Notes under the pieces: model-generated | What the model saw: the letters and a program-made list of their open reading frames with translations, nothing else | Database searches by the model: none | Told to the model about the DNA's origin: nothing | Part shown: in pieces, positions 20,101 to 26,926 of the stretch | Layout of the letters: each line of letters starts with the position of its first letter | Position numbering within the stretch: position 1 is the first letter of the stretch | Translations under genes and position numbers: made by a program | Assembly (NCBI GenBank): GCA_963718915.1 | Contig: CAVRAI010000015.1 | Span: forward strand, 90,001-122,000 | DNA: 32,000 nt | Direction of reading: 5' to 3' | Source of the DNA: an uncultured Chloroflexia bacterium | GTDB lineage: Bacteria; Chloroflexota; Ktedonobacteria; Ktedonobacterales; JADMIN01

Positions 20101-20153
20101 TGGAGGCCATCAGCCGCCTCTATGAGTTGCAGCGCCGCGCGCGAGAGGGATGA
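17115..20153 (+). CDS. mutS: DNA mismatch repair protein MutS (1012 aa, carrying two repeat-derived in-frame insertions and a low-complexity N-terminus)
   Basis: [26 protein letters not shown] (mismatch-binding domain), Walker A [29 protein letters not shown] and [8 protein letters not shown]. GTG 17115 is preceded by GGGGAG. Confidence 0.95.
   Translation: [1012 protein letters not shown]
17768..17978 (+). repeat. Three family-1 palindromic units lying in frame inside mutS
   Basis: GACCTCACCCCTGACCTCACCCCTCAGCCCCTTCTCCCAGGAGGAGAAGGGC, then TTCCCCTCTCCCCATGGGGGAGGGGCCAGGGGAGGGGG, then GGTTCCCTTCTCCCGATGGGGGAGGGGTTAGGGGAGGGGGCC. Same architecture as the intergenic copies at 552, 685 and 9468. 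Confidence 0.75.
18579..18706 (+). repeat. Second, more degenerate family-1-like segment in frame inside mutS
   Basis: GGCCAGGGAGAGG...GCCCCTCTCCCTGTGGGG...GAGGGGTTGGGGAGGGGTT encodes ...[43 protein letters not shown]..., which has no counterpart in canonical MutS. Confidence 0.55.
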
Positions 20154-20217
20154 TGGCGCTTCTGATGGTCGCGCTCACGACCGGGCGGCTGCAGCGCCGC
20201 GCGCGAGAGGGATGATG
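20128..20217 (+). repeat. Perfect 28-bp direct repeat duplicating the mutS stop region
   Basis: TGCAGCGCCGCGCGCGAGAGGGATGATG occurs at 20128-20155 (contains the mutS TGA at 20151-20153) and again at 20190-20217, with 34 bp between the copies. Confidence 0.9.
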
Positions 20218-20270
20218 ACGGGCGGCCCCCTCCCCCACAGGGAGAGGGGAACCAGAACCAGGTTCGTGGG

Positions 20271-20564
20271 CTATCCCTGAGCGGCCACGTCGTAGGTGGC
20301 GAGCGAGGGCGGCGCGGAGAAGAATGGGGCGACCTTGGCGACCTGCTCGCGATAGGTTCCGCTGGAGTCGTACGCCTCGCCATCGGCCTGTGTGTTCCAC
20401 AGTGTGATGGAGATACCGCTGCCACTGGTCGGGTCAATCAGGAGAAAGACCCCATGATTGCCGCTGGCGGCTTTGATGGCTGGGAGGATGCTCTCGTTGT
20501 AGATACGAGTGGTCTCGGCGACCTTGTCGGGATGGACAGATACGGTCGTTACTCGCGCGTGCAT
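20271..20564 (-). CDS. Small ABM/Dabb-fold (antibiotic biosynthesis monooxygenase-like) protein
   Basis: ORF trimmed to ATG 20564, with GAGGAG 7 nt upstream. The ~98-aa beta-alpha-beta pattern (MHARVTTVSVHPDK...GISITLWNTQADGEAY) is typical of the family. Assignment by general resemblance. Confidence 0.7.
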   Translation of the reverse strand: MHARVTTVSVHPDKVAETTRIYNESILPAIKAASGNHGVFLLIDPTSGSGISITLWNTQADGEAYDSSGTYREQVAKVAPFFSAPPSLATYDVAAQG

Positions 20565-20772
20565 CGGTGTTCTCCTCTGCTCCCTGTAACAGATGCCAGG
20601 CGGCTGCATCGAGTGCTAAAGTGACGCTCGTTGGCGGCTGGCGGGCACAGTATACGCTTTCCCTCGCCCGGCGCGTATGCAGTGTGTCGTCGGTAGGGTT
20701 GGCGAACATTTCCGCTTTTCTGTGGCGGCGCCGTATGAGAGAAGAGATGGCCTGACCCAATCATCCGCCCGG

Positions 20773-20801
20773 TTGCCTCCAATCTTTCCATCTGCTACAG
20801 T
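20773..20801 (+). promoter_or_regulatory. Candidate promoter for hsdR
   Basis: TTGCCT (20773-20778), a 17-bp spacer, then TACAGT (20796-20801), about 70 nt upstream of ATG 20870. Pattern match only. Confidence 0.3.
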
Positions 20802-20869
20802 AGAGCTACCCATGCGGCAACCTCACAATGCGACGCATGGCTATTTTGAACACGAGGGAGCGACGCGGG

Positions 20870-23668
20870 ATGAAGCCGGAGGACCGGGCGCGCGAGACAA
20901 TTGACGAGATGCTGCGGCAATGCGGCTGGATTGTGCAGGACCGCGACCAGCTGAACCTGGGCGCCGGGCTGGGCGTCGCCGTCCGCGAGTTCGGTCTATC
21001 CACGGGCGCCGCCGACTATCTGCTCTTCGTTGATCGTCAGGTAGTTGGTACGGTCGAAGCGAAGAAGGTGGGCCAGACACTCACTGGCGTGGAGGAGCAG
21101 AGCGCCAAGTATCGCGTCGGCCTGCCGCCCGGGTTGCCTGCCGCGCGCGACCCGCTGCCGTTCGCCTATGAGACCACTGGCATCGAGACGCGCTTCACCT
21201 CGCACCTCGACCCCGACCCGCGTAGCCGACCCGTCTTCGCCTTCCACCGGCCCGAGACGCTGGCCAACTGGCTGCGCCTCGCGCCCGCCGACGTCCCGCC
21301 TGCCGAAAACGCCACCCTGCGCGCCCGGCTCCTGCATCTGCCACCGCTGGCGACGACAGGACTGCGCGACTGCCAGTTCGAGGCGATCACCAATCTGGAG
21401 CGCTCATTCGCCGAGAACCGCCCGCGCGCGCTGGTGCAGATGGCCACCGGAACTGGCAAGACCTACACCGCCGTCAGCAGCATCTATCGCCTGGTGAAGT
21501 ATGGTGGCGCAAAGCGAGTGCTCTTCCTCGTGGACCGCGCCAACCTGGGCAGGCAGACGCTCACCGAGTTCGAGCGGTTTGTCACGCCGGATGATGGGCG
21601 CAAGTTCACCGAACTCTATAACGTCCAGCGGCTGCAATCGAATAGTATCGACGCCGCCGCGCGCGTCTGCGTCACCACTATCCAGCGCCTCTATTCGATG
21701 CTCAGCGGCGAGCCGGAGTTGGCCGAAGATGTGGAGGAGCTGTCGCTCTTCGATCTGGACGACGCGCTCAGAAATCAGCCGCCGAAAGAGGTGCGCTACA
21801 ATCCGGCCATCCCCATCGAGACGTTCGACGTGATCATCACCGATGAGTGCCACCGCAGCATCTATAACCTCTGGCGCGGCGTCCTCGAATACTTCGACGC
21901 CTTCATCGTCGGGCTGACCGCGACGCCGAACAAACAGACCTTCGGCTTCTTCAACCGCAATCTGGTGATGGAGTACGGCCACGACCGCGCCGTCGCCGAT
22001 GGCGTCAACGTAGACTATCAGGTCTATCGCATCCGCACGGAGGTCACTGAGCGTGGCGGCGTCGTGGAGGGGAGGGAATGGGTAGACCGCCGCGACCGCC
22101 AGACCCGCGCCCGCCGCTGGGAGCAGATTGACGACGACCTGCCCTTCGCGCCGAACCAGCTTGACCGCGATATCGTCGTCCCCGATCAGATTCGCACGGT
22201 CATCCGCGCCTTCCGCGACGCCCTTGGGACGGACCTTTTCCCTGGCCGGACGGAGGTTCCCAAGACCCTCATCTTCGCCAAGGATGATAGCCACGCCGAC
22301 GACATCGTGCAGATCGTGCGCGAGGAGTTTGGCCGGGGCAACGAGTTCGCGCAGAAGATCACGTATAAGACGACTGGCCGCAAGCCCGAAGACCTGATCG
22401 CCGACTTCCGCAACAGCTATAATCCGCGCATCGCCGTGACGGTGGATATGATCTCGACCGGCACTGATATCAAGCCGCTGGAGGTGCTGCTTTTCCTGCG
22501 CTCGGTCAAGAGCCAGGGCTTCTTCGAGCAGATGAAGGGGCGCGCCGTCCGCACCATCGCCGACGATGATTTTCAGGTGGTGACGCCCGACGCGCGCAGC
22601 AAGACACACTTTGTGCTGGTGGATGCCGTTGGGGTCTGCGAGCGCCACAAGAGTGACGATCCGCCGCTGGAGCGCAAACGCAGCGTTCCCTTCGCCAAAC
22701 TGCTGGATGCGGTGGCGCTGGGCATGCGCGACGACGATACGCTCTCGTCGCTGGCGGGGCGGCTCGGACGGCTGGCTCCGCGCCTGACCCCCGATGAGGC
22801 GGCGACCATCGCCACGGCGGCGGATGGCCAATCGCTGCGCGATCTGGCGCAGGGGCTGCTCACTGCGCTCGATGCCGATACGCGACTGGCGGAGGCGCAG
22901 GCAACGACCGGGCAGGCCGAGCCGGATGACGCGGCGCTCAAAGCTGCCGCCAAAACGCTGGCGGCGACCGCCTGCGCGCCGTTCGATAATCCCACCCTGC
23001 GCAATGCCCTCACCCGCGCCCAGCAGCGCGACGAACAGACCATCGCCCTCTCCGTGCAAGACGCCGTCCTCAGCGCGGACTGGGATGCGCAGGCGGAGGA
23101 TCGCGCGCGCAACGCAATCGGCAGCTTCCGCCGCTTCATCGAGGAGCACCACGAGGAGATTACGGCGCTGCAACTCTTATACAGCCGTCCGCGCCATGCC
23201 GGGGTGCGTTTCAGCGACCTGAAGCAGCTTGCCGAGGCGATCTCCGCGCCGCCGCTCAGCTTGACCACCGACCTGCTCTGGCAGGCGTACGAACACCTGG
23301 ATGCCCAGCGTGTCCGTGGGGCGCGGGCGCAACACATCCTGACCGACCTGATCGCGCTGGTGCGCTATACCCTCACCCGCGAGCAGGACGCCTCCGCCGT
23401 GCTGGAGCCGTGGGCCGAGACGGTGCGCGAACGCTTTGCCGCATGGCTGGCGGAGCAGGAGTCGCGGCGCGGCAGGTCATTCACGCCGGAGCAGCGCCAG
23501 TGGCTGGAGATGATCCGCGATCACGTCGCGTCCTCCCTCTCCATCGAGGCGGACGACTTCGACTACGACCCCTTTAGCCAGCGCGGCGGCCTGGGCCGGG
23601 CGGCGCAAATCTTCGGCGACGAGCTACCCGCGCTGCTGAAGGAGTTGAATGAGAGGCTGGCGGCGTGA
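20870..23668 (+). CDS. hsdR: Type I restriction enzyme R subunit (HsdR) with EcoEI-type C-terminal domain
   Basis: N-terminal PD-(D/E)xK nuclease region (AADYLLFVDRQVVGTVEAKK). Helicase motif I MATGTGKT and motif II ITDECHRS. C-terminus FTPEQRQWLEMIRDHVASSLSIEADDFDYDPF resembles the EcoEI R C-terminal domain. GAGGGAG lies 9 nt upstream of ATG 20870; ATG 20828 is a less likely start. Confidence 0.92.
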   Translation: MKPEDRARETIDEMLRQCGWIVQDRDQLNLGAGLGVAVREFGLSTGAADYLLFVDRQVVGTVEAKKVGQTLTGVEEQSAKYRVGLPPGLPAARDPLPFAYETTGIETRFTSHLDPDPRSRPVFAFHRPETLANWLRLAPADVPPAENATLRARLLHLPPLATTGLRDCQFEAITNLERSFAENRPRALVQMATGTGKTYTAVSSIYRLVKYGGAKRVLFLVDRANLGRQTLTEFERFVTPDDGRKFTELYNVQRLQSNSIDAAARVCVTTIQRLYSMLSGEPELAEDVEELSLFDLDDALRNQPPKEVRYNPAIPIETFDVIITDECHRSIYNLWRGVLEYFDAFIVGLTATPNKQTFGFFNRNLVMEYGHDRAVADGVNVDYQVYRIRTEVTERGGVVEGREWVDRRDRQTRARRWEQIDDDLPFAPNQLDRDIVVPDQIRTVIRAFRDALGTDLFPGRTEVPKTLIFAKDDSHADDIVQIVREEFGRGNEFAQKITYKTTGRKPEDLIADFRNSYNPRIAVTVDMISTGTDIKPLEVLLFLRSVKSQGFFEQMKGRAVRTIADDDFQVVTPDARSKTHFVLVDAVGVCERHKSDDPPLERKRSVPFAKLLDAVALGMRDDDTLSSLAGRLGRLAPRLTPDEAATIATAADGQSLRDLAQGLLTALDADTRLAEAQATTGQAEPDDAALKAAAKTLAATACAPFDNPTLRNALTRAQQRDEQTIALSVQDAVLSADWDAQAEDRARNAIGSFRRFIEEHHEEITALQLLYSRPRHAGVRFSDLKQLAEAISAPPLSLTTDLLWQAYEHLDAQRVRGARAQHILTDLIALVRYTLTREQDASAVLEPWAETVRERFAAWLAEQESRRGRSFTPEQRQWLEMIRDHVASSLSIEADDFDYDPFSQRGGLGRAAQIFGDELPALLKELNERLAA

Positions 23669-24342
23669 ACGATGACACACCAAAGCCCTATCTCTACATC
23701 TTCCTGGATGAAGGAGGGAATTTCGACTTTTCGCCCAAAGGAACCCAATATTTCACGATTACATCTCTCACCGCAACTCGTCCATTTGCCTGGGATGCCG
23801 CGTTGATGTCACTCAAATACGACGAATTGGAGCGAGGGTCGGGCGCCGAGTATTTTCATGCAAGCGAGGACAAGCAAATTGTGCGAAACAGGGTGTTTGC
23901 TACTATCGCGACGCATATGGACGCTATACGCCTGGATAGTATTATCGTTCCCAAGCGAAAGATAGTGCCTGAATTACGCCCGCCCGAGAAGTTCTATCCG
24001 CGTATGCTTGGATACCTGCTGCGTTATGTCATTCAGCGCGAGCCGCTTGATGCGTCTACCGAGGTATTGGCTATGACAGATGTTGTGCCAATGAAGGCCA
24101 GGCAAAAAGCTATAGCCAAGGGTGTGGAGGAAGCTCTGACCGCACTGCTTCCTGCTGGCGTGCGTTATCGGGTGTTGCATCACGATTCAAAGTCGTGTAT
24201 CAGTCTTCAGGTTGCTGACTACTGCAACTGGGCCATTTACCGAAAGTGGGATCGGGGTGATGAACGAAGCTATAACGTCATTCGCAGTGCCATTCGCAGC
24301 GAATTCGAGATTTTCAAGAGAAGCAACAGGCTGCATTACTGA
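23665..24342 (+). CDS. DUF3800-family protein
   Basis: N-terminal YLYIFLDEGGNFDF, then FHASEDK, then C-terminal SLQVADYCNWAIY, matching my recollection of DUF3800 hallmarks. The GTG start overlaps the hsdR TGA (GTGA, 23665-23668). Visibly lower G+C than hsdR. Confidence 0.75.
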   Translation: MNDDTPKPYLYIFLDEGGNFDFSPKGTQYFTITSLTATRPFAWDAALMSLKYDELERGSGAEYFHASEDKQIVRNRVFATIATHMDAIRLDSIIVPKRKIVPELRPPEKFYPRMLGYLLRYVIQREPLDASTEVLAMTDVVPMKARQKAIAKGVEEALTALLPAGVRYRVLHHDSKSCISLQVADYCNWAIYRKWDRGDERSYNVIRSAIRSEFEIFKRSNRLHY

Positions 24343-24443
24343 CGAATTATCTCTGGAAAATATGACCACCCCGACTACCCTTGCGGGAGAGCCCCCGGGG
24401 CTCTTGTCATCGGAGTGGAACCTTTGCAGCACCCTCATTGTAT

Positions 24444-24490
24444 CACAAGTGACACAAGTGACACAAGTCAATGAGAGGCTGGCCGCGTGA
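24444..24490 (+). repeat. 9-bp tandem repeat x3 (24444-24470) abutting a 21-bp copy of the hsdR 3' terminus (24470-24490)
   Basis: CACAAGTGA CACAAGTGA CACAAGTCA, then AATGAGAGGCTGGCCGCGTGA, which matches AATGAGAGGCTGGCGGCGTGA at 23648-23668 (20/21, including the stop codon). Confidence 0.85.
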
Positions 24491-24545
24491 TGCTTGATGT
24501 GTTGCGGTTGTTGTCGTCAAGGTTGGTGTTATTGGCGGATTCGCA

Positions 24546-24760
24546 GCGGCGCGGGCGGTTGAAACCGCACCTGAAGGGCCTCGCTCCGCTCCGCCACAAA
24601 ACCCGCCGTCGCGGGTTGCAGAACGTACGCCAACGGGGCATCCGGTGGGCCGCAATTCTGTGAAACCTGCGTAGGCAGGTTTCGTGGCCGGAGGCCCTAC
24701 AGGCGCGGTTTTAACCGCCCGCGTATGAATCGCCCGCGTATGAATCGCCCGCGTATGAAC
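24546..24760. repeat. Inverted pair of family-2 units (24546-24625 reverse, 24656-24723 forward) followed by a 15-bp tandem repeat x3 (24716-24760)
   Basis: The reverse complement of 24546-24625 matches 30094-30156. 24656-24723 matches 30291-30355. CGCCCGCGTATGAAT occurs 3 times (last copy ...GAAC), ending 34 nt before the hsdS start. Confidence 0.8.
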
Positions 24761-24793
24761 CACACGCTATGATGAACTGGATACGAGGGATAC

Positions 24794-26405
24794 ATGACCG
24801 ACGAACAACACCTGCCCGATGGCTGGGCATGCACGACGCTATTGGATGCTTGTATTGTGGAGCGAGGTATCACATTTCCAGCGTCGGCAAAGATGTCTAC
24901 TCCTGCTAATGGCGCGATTGCATGCCTGCGGACGGCTAATGTTCAGAACACCGTTGACTGGGATGACCTCATCTATGTGCCTAGAAGCTTCATGAAATCA
25001 CTATCTAAGTTGTTGCAAGAGGAAGACATACTTATCTCAATGGCAAACAGCAGAGAGCTTGTTGGCAAGGTTTCTTTTGTGAGCAGTGTACTTGTTGAAA
25101 GTACTCTCGGCGGATTCATTGCTGCATTGCGAAGCACAGCGCTGGTTGACAGCAGGTACCTGTTCTTTTACTTGCGCGCAAGTGCCACTCAGGAAGGTCT
25201 ACGTTCTAGAGCTAGCCAAACCGTGAATATCGCAAACATATCTTTGACGACAATTTACGAGACTCCGCTTTACGTTGCCCCCCTCGCCGAACAGCGCCGC
25301 ATCGTCGCCGCCATCGAGCAGCAGTTCACCCGGCTCGATGCTGGCGTCGCCGCGCTCAAACGCGCCCAGATCGCCCTCAAGCGCTACCGTGCCGCCGTCC
25401 TCAAAGCCGCCGTCGAGGGCAGCCTCACTGCCGACTGGCGCGCCGCGCATCCCGCCGCCGAGCCAGCCGCCACGCTGCTCGCGCGCATCCTCGCCGAGCG
25501 CCGCGCCCGCTGGGAGGCCGACCTCCGCGCCAAAGGCAAAGACCCCGCCAAAGCCACCTACGCCGAACCGAGAGCGCCCGACACCGCCAGCCTGCCATCG
25601 CTGCCGGACGGCTGGTGCATGGGCGACGGTGGAGCAGCTAACAACTCTTATTACGAGTGGCTCACGAGGGTGGGCTGAATACTACAGTGATGATGGCGTG
25701 TTGTTTATCAGAGCGCAAGACATTAAGACTGACGAATTACAATTAGAAGCCGTTGCCAAGGTGGCGCTACCAAGTCATATAGAAGGTGCCCGTACCCTAG
25801 TAAAGCAATACGATCTTCTCGTTACTATCACTGGGGCAAATGTTACCAAGACGGCATTGGTACAGAGCGAACTGCCAGAATCGTACGTAAGCCAGCATGT
25901 AGGGTTGGTTCGACCTGCGGAGCCTGACTGCGCTTCTTACATGTATTACTGGATTATTGCCCCAACCCACGGGCGTCGCGAGCTTGAAAAAAGTGCCTAT
26001 GGGGCTGGAAAGCCTGGTCTGAACCTCGATAATCTCCGAGAGATTGTTATGGCTTTCCCCCCACTGGCCGAGCAGGAGCAGATCGTCGCCGAGGTCGAGC
26101 GGCGGCTCTCCGTCGTCGGCGAGCTAGAGGCCACCATCGCCGCCAACCTCAAACGCGCCGAGCGGCTGCGCCAGAGCATCCTGCGCGAAGCCTTCGCCGG
26201 GCGCCTCGTCCCCCAGGATCCCACCGACGAGCCAGCCAGCCTCCTCCTGGCGCGCATCCAGGCCGAGCGCGCCGAGCAATCAGCCAACGGCAACGGGCGG
26301 AACGGCCATCGTCGGCGCAACGGGTCAGCTGCGGAGGCGTCAGAGACGATGGAGAGCATACCAACAGGCGCGCAACAGCAGCCATTGTGGCGCGAGGGAG
26401 AATGA
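24794..26405 (+). pseudogene. hsdS: Type I R-M specificity subunit HsdS, split by a +1 frameshift at about 25616-25620 into two half-subunit ORFs
   Basis: First half (24794-25678): LPDGW..TRD1..PLAEQRRIVAAIEQQFTRLDAGVAALKRAQIALKRYRAAVLKAA (central conserved coiled coil), ending LPSLPDGWC, then out-of-frame residues and a stop. Next frame from 25620: WATVEQLTTLITSGSRGW..TRD2..PPLAEQEQIVAEVERRLSVVGELEATIAANLKRAERLRQSILREAFAGRLV (distal conserved region), stop at 26405. Both TRDs are AT-richer than the conserved regions. Confidence 0.85.
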
Positions 26406-26461
26406 AGAGGACAGAAGTAGACAGACTTGGCAGGCAATTACCGAATATGTGAAAATGGCCC

Positions 26462-26490
26462 TGGACGACGTATAACATATACGTTATAAT
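26462..26490 (+). promoter_or_regulatory. Candidate promoter with a palindromic operator for the three-gene cassette
   Basis: TGGACG (26462-26467), a 17-bp spacer, then TATAAT (26485-26490). The inverted repeat TATAAC-N6-GTTATA (26471-26488) overlaps the -10 box. The start codon at 26501 would be only a few nt from the predicted transcription start. Confidence 0.4.
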
Positions 26491-26500
26491 GGAGGCACGG

Positions 26501-26926
26501 ATGGCGAAGTCAGGCAAAGGGAAGAAAACGACTTCGTCATCTAGCGGCCAGGGGCGAAGCGGCACGACGTTCTATACAACGAAGCAGTTCGACAAGGCGG
26601 TAGAAGGGTTGGGCAAAGTTCATGTCGCCAAAATCAACGCCCAGGCACAGAAGTTCGAGCAGGAATGGCAGAAAAGCAAGTCAAATGATGATTTATCCCC
26701 AGGTTTCAATTTCAAACAGCTTCATGCGCTGGCAGGCCAATACCGGGTATGCCAGATTTACGTGGGAACAGATTTCCGGCTCGCTGTGACATTTCTCATT
26801 AGTCAAGACAGAGCATACTGGGTGCATGCGTGGAAGAAAACAGCATTGAACAATCACACCGAGACAGAGCTAGCGAAAAAACGAGCGAAGTCGTTGTGGA
26901 CCGCTTTGCAAGAGGAGGGCAAGTGA
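26501..26926 (+). CDS. RelE/ParE-superfamily (HigB/Gp49-like) toxin candidate
   Basis: The C-terminal core FNFKQLHALAGQYRVCQIYVGTDFRLAVTFLISQDRAYWVHAWKKT resembles the K.L..g...yR.r.g.dyR..y.....i.ll..f.KK pattern of this superfamily. GGAGG lies 5 nt upstream of ATG 26501 (alternative ATG 26489). It is followed by an overlapping HTH gene. Confidence 0.65.
   Translation: MAKSGKGKKTTSSSSGQGRSGTTFYTTKQFDKAVEGLGKVHVAKINAQAQKFEQEWQKSKSNDDLSPGFNFKQLHALAGQYRVCQIYVGTDFRLAVTFLISQDRAYWVHAWKKTALNNHTETELAKKRAKSLWTALQEEGK

Noticed and set aside
21404-23173. 589-aa minus-strand ORF, plus many other long antisense ORFs (for example 4458-5486, 8161-8955, 9205-10185, 11461-12561, 15252-16064, 15643-16290, 19131-20024, 28727-29767, 30638-31501).
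   Set aside because: All lie opposite genes with strong family signatures. Their translations are Arg/Ala/Gly/Pro-rich low-complexity strings, typical of stop-codon-poor shadow frames in high-G+C DNA.
24212-24763. ORFs 24212..24490 (+) and 24443..24763 (-) in the hsdR-cargo/hsdS spacer, and the mini-ORF MNRPRMNRPRMNHTL in the 15-bp repeat.
   Set aside because: They consist of tandem repeats, family-2 units and the duplicated hsdR terminus (..VTQVTQVNERLAA*). There is no RBS or coding-like composition.
25275-25619. 5' part of ORF 25275..26405, overlapping the first hsdS half out of frame.
   Set aside because: The translation is Pro/Ser/Ala-rich nonsense. HsdS homology in this frame starts only at about 25620, so this is a frame-shadow joined to the real TRD2 half.
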